In this document: piece by piece, positions 24,177 through 37,705 of the stretch
Layout: every line of letters starts with the position of its first letter
Position numbering within the stretch: the first letter of the stretch is position 1
NCBI GenBank assembly: GCA_001938485.1
Contig: MQRK01231705.1
Location: 1 to 54,926, forward strand
Length of the DNA stretch: 54,926 nt
Direction of reading: 5' to 3'
Origin: Girardia tigrina
Lineage: Eukaryota
Notes under the pieces: generated by a model
Told to the model about the DNA's origin: nothing
Seen by the model: the letters and a program-made list of their open reading frames with translations, nothing else
Database searches by the model: none
Position numbers and translations under genes: made by a program

Positions 24177-24569
24177 GATTTATATAATATCAAATTAATT
24201 TTCAACAAATATCTAAACAATCTTCACTCTAACTTTCTACAAAATTTCAATTAAATGCTCAACAAAACTCCAATCAAATGGTCGACAAAATTCTACAGTA
24301 AAAGCATGACAAACCTCCAATCAAAAGCCCAACTAACCCCCCAAAAAAACAAAAACTAAAAATTGACCAATCAGAGCGATCCATTTCATTCACTGGTATC
24401 AGATGCACATATACTGACCACAATTACAATTTCAAGACACAATTACTCAGCCGACCTAATTATTGACTCCATGAGTCATAAATTGTGTAAAGTGAACAAT
24501 TTGAGTATTTTTAAATTAATTATATTAGATTATATATTCACAAACACACACCTATATATATATATAACA
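24177..24569 (-). mobile_element. Truncated LTR-like sequence of a second family replacing the end of the Gypsy 3' LTR
   Basis: Identity to the 5' LTR stops abruptly at about 24176; the segment ends in TAACA (TGTTA on the minus strand) and has the strand-skewed composition also seen in the 35140 LTR. Confidence 0.4.
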
Positions 24570-26829
24570 TTTAGATTTAATGGCAATTTATTTGTAAAGA
24601 AAATGAAGAACAAACGCCATTTATAAAGTTTTTTATTTGTTAAAAAATGTTTTGTCATTACGGCATCATCAGTTGTGAAGTAAATTTCAAATTACAAGTC
24701 ATTTATATGATAAATTGACTATTACACAATTAATCTTCTTTTTTTTTAATTAATATTAAAAGATTTTAATATGATTGGATAATTCACTTTGAACATTTAA
24801 GCATGGTTTTAAATGCTTTATTAATAATGCCTCAGTGACTATCCTCTCATGATATGTGTCAAAATTTTCTTCATAACCGTAAATTCAGTTTCATAGTTAA
24901 CTTTATATCTATTTCTGCATTTTTAATGTGATCTAGAATCGAGCTATTCCTACTCAATTGAGTGTGTTCAGCCATTCTAGTGCTTCTCATTACAATCTGA
25001 ATTGGGAGTTACAATCGTCATCAATTAAGCTCAATTATGGTGAATAATTGAAATTTATTTCTGATCAAACGACAAATTTCGAAGCATAGGTGTTGCTTAC
25101 CACAAAACGCTCAAGGGTCTCAAACCTGAAGACGCTGAATTACAAGAATTACTTGCTTGCTTATATAGTTATATTTCTTTATTTGATAAATTTATTTAGT
25201 AAATTATGAAATAATTGAAAATATTAATAAAGAAAATATTAATAATATCATATTGACTAAAAAGTTTGTATTGTTCTTTTAAAAATTATTTTAAAATTTT
25301 CTATAATTTTTTGTAGTTAACATTTTAATATACTTTTTCCAGAACCCTAACAATAAATTAAAAAGTGCTTTTGCAAAATGTTAATAAATGTCGAGCATTT
25401 GATCAACACTCGTTGGATGACATAACTGTAGTTTTGTATTGAAAAGATCACTTACCAAAAATATATTACGGTTAACATATTATATTTTATTAGTCAAACA
25501 GAATAAAAACTATTTAATTAAAAATATTCTTTTAAAAATAAATAATAAATTTTATTATTTTATTTGAATTATCTGTGAGTAAATAATATGATAAATAATA
25601 AGAATGATTAGTAAATAATATTAAAAATAATTAATAAAAAATCTTGATTTTTTAATGAATTTTTCGAAATAAATACATTCTCAGTTTCGGGATTCTTATT
25701 CAAACGAAATTTACTACAACAAAAAAATAAAATTGAGATTATCTAGATTTATAAAATAAAAGAAAACAATTCACTGAGTAATTCGCATCATGTAAGAACA
25801 ATTTCGTAAAAAATGCCTTTTAATAATCCATTAAAATAAATCGTTTCATTTTAACTGCTTCGGGAAAAAAATCAAAAAAATCCAATTAAAGATAAAATTA
25901 AAAAAAAATATTTTTATTCATTTCTCTACAAAAAAATAAAAACTATTTATTCATGAAAATATGAAAAAAAAATCTACAAAAAATCACTTATTAATTAAAG
26001 TCTGTAATATTAATGAATTAATAATAATGAATTATTTCAAATATATTTAATTAATAATTACTTTTATAATTTGACATATTAATTAAAAAAAGTAAATTAA
26101 AATTAAAAAAAATTAAATATAGTTAATCATTTAGGTAATTAACTGTTAAAAAGATGTATTAAATAATTAATTGTTTTTTTTTGAAAATATAATATAAATT
26201 ATTATTAAAAACAATTAATAAATATTTTACATAATTAAAATTTTGAAAAAAATTGAGTTTAATGTTTTAAACAAGTTTCTAATTACTTGATTTCTGAATG
26301 TAGCAAGGTTTATTTTTCTAGTAAAAAGAATGTCTGTTTCTTCGGAAATAAATAATCTGTGAGCAGCAGAATAATTACATATTCTATCCTCCAGGAAACA
26401 AACGGGACTTAAATCAGTACACCAAGATCTGGGTTAATTAATTCTAAAATTTTATTTAGAAATTATAAAATTTTTAATAATTTTAATTTTTTGTTAAGAA
26501 AATTATAGAAAATAAATTATTAAAATTATTTAATTAAGTGAGAAAGTCTATTTTTATGAAATTTATCGTAAAAAATCAGTTTAAATAATCCGGTAAATTC
26601 AGTGATAAAATAAAGAAATTTATTGATATACGTAAAATAAACTGGCAGATCTATTTATACTATGTTATGATCAAGAAACTTATTTTTACTTATAGTAAAT
26701 TAATAAAAGTATATAAGATGTGTAATATTTTATATAATATCTTAACTTATAACAAAATATAACGGAAAGTGATAATGAAGATGTTTCAATTTTTCACTGA
26801 ACAAGAAGAGAAATTAGTGGAAAAATAAA

Positions 26830-29045
26830 GTTCTAGATACGCAATTCTAGATAAGCCACACGTTTCTTCTTGAAGCTTCCAACATTTAAACTTTGTTCAA
26901 TTTCATTACTGAGATTGATCAGTCTTTCTCACTTCCATTAAAAAATGAAACTTGTCACTTTCTTTCGTGTGTTTCTCCAGCACTGCAGATTTTCTGCGGA
27001 AGGGTGCAATGTCCATTTCTATCTGTGGTTACTCATTTCGGTACTTTTTCAGTAGTGTTATAATAACTTTCTCTGTGTTTTTCCATCCTAGTTCTGCCTC
27101 CCTCATAGTTCGCTGAAGCTTGCGGTCAAGAGTTACAAGATCTCTCCGAATACTTTTATGCAATTCTTTTTCGGCTTCAATTTCTAACTAGATTTCTTAT
27201 ATCCTTTTTTTAGATATAAGACTACACAATTGTAATCGGATCCACAGTCATGAAAAGGCTTAGATTGTGCATCTTTGCTCTTGTTCATGTTTTCTGAAAG
27301 CAAAAGAAATTAATCCAGTAGTTCTCTCCTCTTCGAGTTCTGGGTGGGTCTAGCTGGTGCTTTTCCACTCATTATGGAGAAAAAAGGAGTTTACTACCTT
27401 CATGTCTTTCTCTTCAGCTAGTAATACTAACCTTTTCCCATTATCTGACATGTGTGAACTGTATGCATACTTTCCGACGCTGGGAACTGGCTTTCTCGTC
27501 AGAGTATATGCGGTAATTGAAGTCTCATTCAACCACCAACATGCACCCGGACTGTTTAGTTTCTGCTTTTCTTTTTCAACTATGGTGTTTAGAGAGTCAT
27601 CGAATGGAGTTTACTCACTGTCACTGTATCCAAAGTCAGTAGGAGAGTAAATTCATACGATAATTATTCTGAAGGAAATGATTTTCGCTTTGAAAATTCG
27701 ATCCGAGAATGCCTCAAACTCGATATCACATTTAGGTTGTCTAGTTAATTGTAGTGCCCTACTTATTTTGTTGTTATTATGCCGTGGAGAAATTTGGAGA
27801 AACAAATTTGCCGAGGAAAAAGATAATAGTTTTGTTGAAAAAATCCATTGAAAAATAAACATAAAATATGTTGTTATTCAGAGACACAATGAAGAATGAT
27901 AATCATAATAGATCTTTAAAAGAAAATAAAAAATAATAAAAAAGAGAAGAAATATAAATAAAACCAAAAAAAACCGAATATCCGAAATTATATATTGTTA
28001 ATTATATCGTTAAGTTGACGATAATTAAAAAATTAGCTGAAGGAAAAAAATCAATAAAATAAAATTGACAATATAAAAAAAAGATAATTAATAACCATGA
28101 ATCGTGAGTTATAAGTCTTAAGATAACGAATAAATTTGCTGTTCTTTTACTGAGAAAATAATATTTCTATATTCCCTAATCGCCTGAAATATCCGGATCT
28201 CGGCTCTCATGTTCATATACGAATATTCGACGTTCATCAATCATCAATTAACCGACATACTATAGAAGGAAATTGTCGTCTCACCATATAATCAAATATT
28301 TTTAAGAAGCAATTTGAACATTACAATTCCCGAATCGTCTGAAATATTCGGATCTCGGCTCTCATATTCATATACGAATATCCGACGTTCCTCAATCATC
28401 AATTAACCGGCATACAATAGAAAGAAATTGTCGTCTCACCATATAATCAAATATTTTGAAGAGGCAATTTGAAGTAACGTTACTTTATCCATTTTTCCCA
28501 CGGAACTCATTTCGTTTTACTGTGATCTATTTTAATTACTTCTTTTTAGTCCTTCCGTTTGTGTTTGATAATTAAGAGTTTTGATTATTTTATCTTTTTA
28601 TTCATTGCATTTGTTTCTTTTGTAACAACAATTTCAAGTTCACAACAACTGAACTTTACTTTGCTCTTACATTAATAAATCAACTCCTCTTTCCCTAATT
28701 TGTGCCATTTGTGGCCAACTGTTGTAAAGGGTCCACTTTTTGTACACTTCATCTACATTTAGCTTTTCTAGAGCATCAGTAACACTCAAGACTTTCTGAT
28801 GATCAAACCTTCAAACGTTCCATATACAGACCTTCTTCAAACCCAACCGCAAATCCCGGCAAGGGGAACATTGGTTGGGTCCCCACTTAGCCTGAGATCC
28901 TATTATTTTGCGAGCGAACCCAGTATTCTCTGTGCTTTCTATTTGTTTAGTAGTATCTAGTAGATTAAGGTGATTACTAATGGATTGCTAGTCCTAGCTG
29001 AGAGTACCCCTTCTCGAATTTAGTTGGGTATCCAGGATCGGCATG
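26830..29045 (-). mobile_element. Old, fragmented RTE-type LINE (5' UTR and APE endonuclease), interrupted about 27700-28500
   Basis: GLKKVCIWNV* near 28815-28845; VGKYAY..HMSDNGKRLV...VVNSFF in ORF 27350..27532; 5' UTR shares GATCCTGG and CTAGCAATCC with the younger RTE. Confidence 0.65.
28171..28473. repeat. Two-unit tandem repeat, period 155 bp
   Basis: ATTCCC.AATCG.CTGAAATAT.CGGATCTCGGCTCTCAT...GCAATTTGAA starting at 28171 and 28326. Confidence 0.9.
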
Positions 29046-29108
29046 TTTTTTATTTAAATATTTTTATTTACACACCACATCAATCTCACCACAAATAACA
29101 CACATATG

Positions 29109-32100
29109 TGGGCCTCCCATCTCTTTCGAATGATATTGAGCCTCTAGGCTCTTTAGAGGGTCCACCCAAACTAAAGAATCACTAGCAGCAACCCGATAGG
29201 CCTCCTACGGGGTCGGATAGTTTCGGTCTCCGAGATCTTTTCGACTTCCCTGAGAGAAACGACCACCCATGGGTTGTATAGCCATGGTTCTGCATACCTT
29301 TGGCTGTATTCGTGGACTTCGTACAGCTGCGAAAGGGACATCTGAACTCCCCCCTTGCAGTTAGATCTGCAATCCTAAAAGTCAGATGTGTTTCTTCAGT
29401 ACCTATCGCTTCTTCCACCGCCGTCGAGATAGTCGGGGGGTCCGTCACGGATTGAATCTGGTTGCCTGAGGTTTTCTACTACTCTTTCTTCTGTGGTTGT
29501 ACTGGTTTGCGCTGGTGTCATTGTCGGTTCTCCAATTTCTTCTGTCTCCTCCAATTTATGATCCTGGTAGAGGTGCCTGGTCAGCCACCCCTTCGTTTTG
29601 TACGACTTTTTGCATAGTGTACATNNNNNNNNNNNNNNNNNNNNNNNNNNNNNNNNNNNNNNNNNNNNNNNNNNNNNNNNNNNNNNNNNNNNNNNNNNNN
29701 NNNNNNNNNNNNNNNNNNNNNNNNNNNNNNNNNNNNNNNNNNNNNNNNNNNNNNNNNNNNNNNNNNNNNNNNNNNNNNNNNNNNNNNNNNNNNNNNNNNN
29801 NNNNNNNNNNNNNNNNNNNNNNNNNNNNNNNNNNNNNNNNNNNNNNNNNNNNNNNNNNNNNNNNNNNNNNNNNNNNNNNNNNNNNNNNNNNNNNNNNNNN
29901 NNNNNNNNNNNNNNNNNNNNNNNNNNNNNNNNNNNNNNNNNNNNNNNNNNNNNNNNNNNNNNNNNNNNNNNNNNNNNNNNNNNNNNNNNNNNNNNNNNNN
30001 NNNNNNNNNNNNNNNNNNNNNNNNNNNNNNNNNNNNNNNNNNNNNNNNNNNNNNNNNNNNNNNNNNNNNNNNNNNNNNNNNNNNNNNNNNNNNNNNNNNN
30101 NNNNNNNNNNNNNNNNNNNNNNNNNNNNNNNNNNNNNNNNNNNNNNNNNNNNNNNNNNNNNNNNNNNNNNNNNNNNNNNNNNNNNNNNNNNNNNNNNNNN
30201 NNNNNNNNNNNNNNNNNNNNNNNNNNNNNNNNNNNNNNNNNNNNNNNNNNNNNNNNNNNNNNNNNNNNNNNNNNNNNNNNNNNNNNNNNNNNNNNNNNNN
30301 NNNNNNNNNNNNNNNNNNNNNNNNNNNNNNNNNNNNNNNNNNNNNNNNNNNNNNNNNNNNNNNNNNNNNNNNNNNNNNNNNNNNNNNNNNNNNNNNNNNN
30401 NNNNNNNNNNNNNNNNNNNNNNNNNNNNNNNNNNNNNNNNNNNNNNNNNNNNNNNNNNNNNNNNNNNNNNNNNNNNNNNNNNNNNNNNNNNNNNNNNNNN
30501 NNNNNNNNNNNNNNNNNNNNNNNNNNACCCACTCAATACCGGCCTCAAGCTGGTGCCCAGCAGTAAGGATCCGAGTATCTCCGTTTAGGTTCAAAACTTT
30601 GGTTTTACCGATGTTAATTTTGAGACCTAAATCTAAAAAGGATGCTTTTAAAATGTTCAAATTATTTATCAAGTTGTTCCAGTCCGTGTCAATGAGGCAG
30701 AGATCGTCAGCATAGGCTAGTCTGTTGATCTCAAGGAAGCTTCCATCTTCATGTTTCATCATCACTCCTCCAGAGAGACTGTTCAATATTGCTCTTTTCA
30801 CAACCGTGTCGAATACAATATTGAACAGGAGCGGCCCTAAAACACAACCTTGACGCATTCCTTTATCCATGTTGAAGGTTTCATCACCTATAGAGCCTTT
30901 GAATCCCTCATGGAAAGCTTTGATGATCTCTAACATTCGCCCCTTATCCCTAGTCGCTTTAAACAGCTCCAGAGAGACTCCCGGGGGACACTGTCGAATG
31001 CCTTTTCCAAGTCGATAAAGATAACATACATAAGAACATTAGTTCTTGTATCGCGCTTCCTCCTGCAATTTCCGCAAGATACTTATAGCCATCTGAATTC
31101 CTCTTCCCGGCCGGAATCCATACTGCCACTCGTCTAGTATCGCTTCGGTGATAGGAGTGATTCGGTTCGCGATGATTCTGGCTAGAATCTTTCCTCCTAC
31201 ATCTAAAAGAAAAATGCCTCGGTAGTTATTTGGATCTTTTCTAGAGCCTTTCCTTTTGAAAAGAACCACCACTTTGGCCTCTCTCCAACTAGATGGAAAT
31301 GCCTCTAATCCGTTCCATATGTTCCTAAAGCACTCCTCCAATAGGGTTAGTATGTTCACACCCCCCCCACTTATAGATTTCAGGGATCAATCCATCAGAT
31401 CCCGCGGCTGTCTCACTCTTCAACTGCTTCACTGCCTCTGTTATTTCTTCTCTTGTCGGAGGAGAATCCAAATCATCGAGATTTAGAGTGTCTCCAGCGA
31501 TATCAGTCCGTTCCTTCTGCTCTAATGGAGCCCTAAAAAGATTATTAAAGTGGTTGGTCAGCTCCTTGTTCCCAATAGGGTTCGAGGGAGTACACAGGGT
31601 GTTCTCCTTCCATTGTGATTTACAGAGGATACGTAGTTCCGTAGTGAGCTCCTTCAGTTTTCCTTCTCCATTATTGTTTAGTATCTTCTCGATTTGTTCG
31701 CCTAGAGCCTCGACTCTTTCACGTTTCCATCTTCTGATATTCCTCTAGGGAAGTATTCTGCTGGATTTCCACCTGGAAAAAGTGTCGTTGTTTCTATTCC
31801 TCACAAACTCAGTGCGTCTCGCCCATTTTTCTCCAATAAGTATCTTTAACTCATCTAGGTGACCATGTAGCCACTTATGATTCGGAGGAGTTCGCTTTGA
31901 TCTTGTGCTTGCTCCTCGTACCACATCGCAGATCTGTTGATTGGTGGATTTCCAATCGGTACCTAAAAATTGAACATGTGGAAATGTTTCAATTATATTT
32001 TCTTTTTTCTTCATGATTGCTTCTGGATCTGGCATTTTGTGTTTGCGCGTGTTTCTGTCGTTTCTTAGCCTCTTCGGTCTTTTTCCTTCTTCTCTGACTC

Positions 32101-33060
32101 TGACAGTTATAACTACCAGATCGTGGTCGAAGCCACAATCAAATCCTGGGTAGCTTCGGATGTCCGTGTACCTATTAGCTCGATTCCTTTCAATAAGAAA
32201 GATATCAAGTAATGATCTCCTAGATGTTGCTGGGTGAGTCCAGCTCGTTCTCTGGCTAAGTTTTTTCCTGTAAAATGTGTTTTCAACACGCAGTCCACAT
32301 GATATNNNNNNNNNNNNNNNNNNNNNNNNNNNNNNNNNNNNNNNNNNNNNNNNNNNNNNNNNNNNNNNNNNNNNNNNNNNNNNNNNNNNNNTCTTCAACC
32401 TACAATTAAAGTCTCCTCCAATTAGTAGTTCCATTTTCTTTTCTCTAGCGAATTTCTTCTCCTTCTCGATCTCCTCCTGCAACTTCTGATAAAAATTTTC
32501 TTTTTCCTCATCTGTATACCCGCAGTCCGTCGAGGCATACACTCCGATTAGTATAATTGATTTCCTGATGTACCTGCAAATAAAAAGCCGGTCATTAATT
32601 GGTCTAAAATCCAGTTTGGTCGGGTCATCTTCTCTGATCATCAGCGCAACTCCTCTTTCTCTTCGTGTTCCAATTGCACAGCCACTGTGGAGAATTCACC
32701 ATCCGTCGTATTCAGTAGTTTCATTGCCCCAGCAGTGCGTTTCGGTCAGGATACACGCCTCAGTTTTCGTTTTTTTCAGAGCCTCATTTATTGAAAGTAT
32801 TTTCTCGTCGTTTAGTCCTCGCACATTCTAGGTTCCCACCTTCAATCCTCCGCGTTTGGTCCCTGTGTCGCCGGAACCGATCGGGAGCTTAATGACTTCG
32901 GGTCCTTTTAGATCCCTTGTTTGGGTTTTGAAAGCGTTCTTCATATCCACAGACAGGATTGCTAGCCCTGTAAGTTTCGTTACCACATTCGCCTAGAGAC
33001 GGACTTTAACCCATCTAGTTTCCCAGGATCCACCACGGGGAGGAGGGTAACACAGATCCC
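29109..33060 (-). mobile_element. Full-length RTE-clade non-LTR retrotransposon with 12-bp target site duplication
   Basis: TSD AACACACATATG at 29097-29108 and 33061-33072; single ORF from ATG 32944: APE (GT*NVRG, GDFN, NTFY, DH), RT (NYRGI.LL, QYGFR, FIDLEKAFD, GMRQGC.L.P.LF, YADD) and two C-terminal C2H2 fingers; several stops and frameshifts. Confidence 0.92.
32979..33060 (-). ncRNA. HDV-like self-cleaving ribozyme at the RTE 5' end
   Basis: P1 GGGAUCU/GGAUCCU with G1.U; P2 GUUACC/GGUAAC; P3 UCC/GGU around L3 UCCCCGU; GG for P1.1; P4 CUAGA...UCUAG; J4/2 GCGAA with the catalytic C; G1 coincides with the TSD boundary. Confidence 0.85.
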
Positions 33061-33757
33061 AACACACATATGCATTTTCTAACACTACACGTATTAGTAC
33101 ACTTATTAACATACAGATTATTTTGAATCACCCGAGTAACTCTCAACAAAACGAAATCGATTTTTCCCATTATTTTCGAGTACCAAATTGAAAATAACTC
33201 ATAATGGTGATTTTTAAAATGAAAATCACATTTATTTTTTTAAAATAATTATCGTTAACAAATTTAAATTAAATTCAGCAAAATCCGTAACAAAATCAAT
33301 CATTTATTTAATTTACTTTTTTAATTAATTATTTTATTTTATTATTAATAAATTTCCAAACTGGTAAAATGTTCGGTCAATCTTAATTTTCAACTCAAGT
33401 AAATTCATAAAAATAGTTTAATACACATAACACGCAAATATTCTAAAGGTTATAAGAAAGAAAACATAAACGTTACAATATAGTTTAGTCTCATAAAAAA
33501 TGCTTTATAAATATGATTGGATGAATCTACTTGCACACTTAATAATGGTTTATGATGGTTTATTTATAAGGCTTATATAATAATCATTTCATAATTGGTG
33601 TAAAAATTATTAAATATTTATTATTATTATTATAGACTTTAACATAAAAGTGAATATGTTTTCCTTGAATATTTTTTATATAGTAAAAATCAAACTATTT
33701 CTACACAAAATAGTAATTCTAATGTATTCAATGTTCAAGGATTCTAGTACAAAGATG

Positions 33758-34420
33758 CAGTGTCGTGCAGAGGTGTTCATCCACCTGAGTGTAAAATAAT
33801 TTTCGGCCGCCCCCATTCTTTATTTAAAAATATTTTTGTAATCAGAACGAAAATTAAACTAAAAATTAAATTAGCTACGAAAGAAAATACATATGATTAA
33901 ATTTTTAGTAGGTTTATATATATTTTTATTGAAATGTCACATGCAACAGTTTAGGAAAATTATAGCGTATTCGTTACAAAACAAAGTTATTTATGATAGT
34001 AACCGTTTTCTACTTACAAAAAAGACACTTTTCTTGCCTTTTTGCAAAACAAATTGTGAAATTAAGTTATGTATATCTAAATTATTTAGGATTTCTTGTT
34101 CACTTGAAATTATTGATATATTTTTTAAACGTTCCTTGTGCTTAGTTGATCTTAAATGTTCTTTTATTATCTTTAATTTTGAAAATGATCTTTCTCCTGG
34201 TGCAACTGAGATTGATAATGTTAATAAGATTATAATCACAATAAATATATTTGGAAATGTTGGCTGAAGACCATTTTAAAAAATATATAGTAGCATGGAT
34301 ATAGATTTAATATCTTCTTTTAAAAATACCTTATCTTCGGAAGATACTGACTTATATTACAAAAGTACACTTTTGTGGCATTTGAAATAATAAACTAGAT
34401 TTGTCGTAATCAATATTAGA
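33758..34420 (-). mobile_element. hAT transposon 3' remnant (dimerisation domain and terminus)
   Basis: LLTLSISVAPGERSFSKLKIIKEHLRST..ERL in ORF 33991..34239; CAGTGTCGTGCAGAGG terminus at 33758. Confidence 0.8.
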
Positions 34421-35092
34421 AGCTTCTTTATTTTTAGCTTTTCCTAAAAATGGTAATTTAAATAATCCTTTTATTTCATATTGTTTCCCGTTGACGGTTA
34501 TTGCAACTGGTTTCTTCATAACTTTCACAAAGATTATTTTCTAAGATTTTATTTTTTAAATTTTGACTTTGATAATTCCTTCAATAATTTTATTTAAAAA
34601 TTGTTTTATTTTTTAAATGATATCCTATAAAAGCATTTATTTAATTGATTTAAAAATTTATTAATTTATTTTTAATAGTTTAAATTTTTTGTAGTGTAAA
34701 GTATGAATCCTGCTCGAACAATTAATCATCACGAATATCCAAAGTACCAATTTTCCATCTGGGTGGGAGTAACACATTTCCTAATACTATACTCAACATA
34801 CAAAATACAACATATCAATTTCAACATACCACATTTAAAATATTCCTCTCACAGACGAACATATTTCTTCTCATTAACTGAGAAAAAAAGAACAATTTCG
34901 TTCTAGTTAACCTAATATTTTTTATGGAAATATTTCCTTAATAATATTCATTGGGTTCGTGATTAAAATACAAAGTCATAATTTGCAAACTTTATTTCTA
35001 ATACAACTTTCATTACTCAAACAAATTTATGAGAAACAATATTTCAGTTACATAAACCACATTTTGAAATTCTAAATAAAAATAATAATATC

Positions 35093-35139
<47 letters not shown>

Positions 35140-35142
<3 letters not shown>

Positions 35143-35468
35143 AAGGATGTGTGAATTATTATTATTATGGTTGCTAATTATTATTGAGATTATTATTATA
35201 AACATATTATTATCATTATTAGATGTATGTGGAAAGTATGCAAGATTATGAATTATGAGATTGAGTAACAGTTGATTGAGAGTTAGATGATATAATGTAT
35301 GCATGTAATAGTGTGCGGTGTCAATCATGTAGTGCTAACCCAGCAGATCTCCCTATTCCAATTATGCCACCGGATCGAGGTGTGCTTGTATATAAGATAT
35401 GTAAATTGAATGATTAGTTTAGTCTTGTGTTATTAATATATTTTAGAAAATCATCTTATCTCTTAACA
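35140..35468 (+). mobile_element. Solo LTR inside a (TA)n microsatellite
   Basis: TGTAAG...CTTAACA inverted termini (TG..CA), (TA)n on both sides, no internal coding sequence. Confidence 0.7.
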
Positions 35469-35521
<53 letters not shown>

Positions 35522-36844
35522 TTATNNNNNNNNNNNNNNNNNNNNNNNNNNNNNNNNNNNNNNNNNNNNNNNNNNATATATATATATATATATATTATTT
35601 TATTCAAATCATATTTTTTTTTTATTAATTTCTACAATGTATTAATTTGGAATATAAATTTAGATCTTAAAATTATTTTAATGGACATGTCCTGTAAAAA
35701 TTCAATTCCAAATAATTTTTCTTTGATTTTAAAATTCAATTATAAATAATTTTTAATGAGAATTTCCGCTGACAATTAAATCCAATAAAACATTATGATT
35801 TTTATTTTAGAACTTGATTTTAAAATGTTCAATAAATTATTTTTTTAATAAAACTTTCCATTGACAATTAATTTCAATAAACATTATGATTTTTGTTTTA
35901 AAAAGTTTTACAAGATGTATCAAAATTTTCTTTACAATATTTTTTTACTTTGAAACTGTTATTTTAATTGTGATTTTTTAAACCTTATTTTTTATAAAAA
36001 AATCTTCCAATTTAATTAATATAATATTATCATTAAACTATACTTTTTATAAAACTTATTTCACTTTAATTAGTAAAAATATTATCTATAAATTTAAATT
36101 TTTTATATATAATTTCTGTCAAAAGTTCTTTCAATTTAATTTGTAAAATATTATTTTTTAATTTATCTCAAATATAATTATGATTTTTAATCTAAAAATA
36201 TCAAAAATTTACAGTTCACCAAAAAGAACCCCTAACAATATTAATATTTTATTAATTTTAAATATTTACAAATGTTAAATTTAATTTTAAAATAATTTAA
36301 AAATATTTTTAATGAAATAGAAATTTTAATTATATTGAAAAAATAAAGATATATCTATTAAAATGAAATTTTTACTTGTAAATAATTTTTAAAATATTTA
36401 ATTAATTTTTATTTAAGGTAACAATATATTCTTATTAACCTTTCATTTTTTAATTAATTTCAATAATAATTGTCATTTTATGAAAAAAAATCTATTTTAA
36501 TTTATTTCAACATTTTTTTTATTTAAATAGTATTTCACAATTTTTTCAGCTATTCAATTTTAATCCGAATTGTGATAGAATAAAAACAGATGTAAATGTT
36601 GAAATTCCTTTCGCTCGTTCGTTGAAACAAAATTGAAGTAACTTTATATTTTACTCAATTCTCTTTTTAGTGTTTTAATCTATAATTAAGAGAATTTTTG
36701 TACTAATTATTTCTCATCTAATTAGAATTTAAATTTTAATCATTAATTAAGAAAGAATTAACTAAATAATTACACTGTTCCGAATCACTGAAGCAGCAGT
36801 TATAGTTCGAGAAATCTTAAAAATTATAATAAAATAATAAAATA

Positions 36845-37705
36845 TTAGGTCGTCAAGTATTAAATTTGTAGAACCGAATTCAAAATTTATTGATAATTTA
36901 CCAATACAAATATTTATGTCATTCATCAATGTATGCATCCATATTATCGATACACTTTTGACATTTGAGCGGCCGCTTGTTTAGGTCATTAAAAATGGGT
37001 GGGCGAGAATCTATAAATTTCTGGGAGGTCATTTTTACGAATCTTCGGAATAGTTTTTTTCTTATCAAAAAGTTGTTCAAATTGAGAAAGAAATAGTAGT
37101 CAGTTGGGGCTAGGCCTGGTGAGTATGGAGGATGATACAGAAGTTCCAAATCAAGGTCTTAAGTGTAGTATGTGGTTTTGATTTGAGTAGACTTATTTAC
37201 CAAATGTGACAGATTTTCTTTGTGTTTCCGCATCATACATTCCAATTGCTTTGTAACAACAAACGTTATAGATAAATTATGAGCACTTTGTGATGGTTCC
37301 AACCCCACGTTTCGTTATTATCAACCTGAGTTCCTGGGCGACCCCGAGACTTATTATTGAGGTTAAAATTACCTTTCACGAATTTTTTGAACAAATTTGA
37401 TACTGTCTGCTGAGTAGTAGCATGCTATCGGAATACTTGATTGATATTTTGCATGGTTTCTGATACTGAGGTTCCACGCAGAAACTCGTACTTCATAATA
37501 ATTCGAATTTCTGCATTTTCCATTTTTCAAAATACTGATTATTTAAACCAGTTATCAATAATTTTAATAATATTTTATTGATTTGTTCAATAGCCATGAA
37601 AATGTAGCAATTAAACTTAAGTAACAAAATGCTAAGTCGTTTTCAAATTACAGCTATTTGAATTTAATGTAGTAATGCCTAAAAATGTCATACTTGACAA
37701 TCTAA
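36845..37705 (-). mobile_element. Internally deleted mariner
   Basis: TIRs TTAG.T.GTCAAGTAT with TA flanks; HPPYSPGLAPTDY in ORF 36919..37149; MENAEIRIIMKYEFLRG N-terminus near 37520. Confidence 0.85.

Noticed and set aside
28171-28473. CRISPR-like array
   Set aside because: Only two long units, no unique spacers, eukaryotic context
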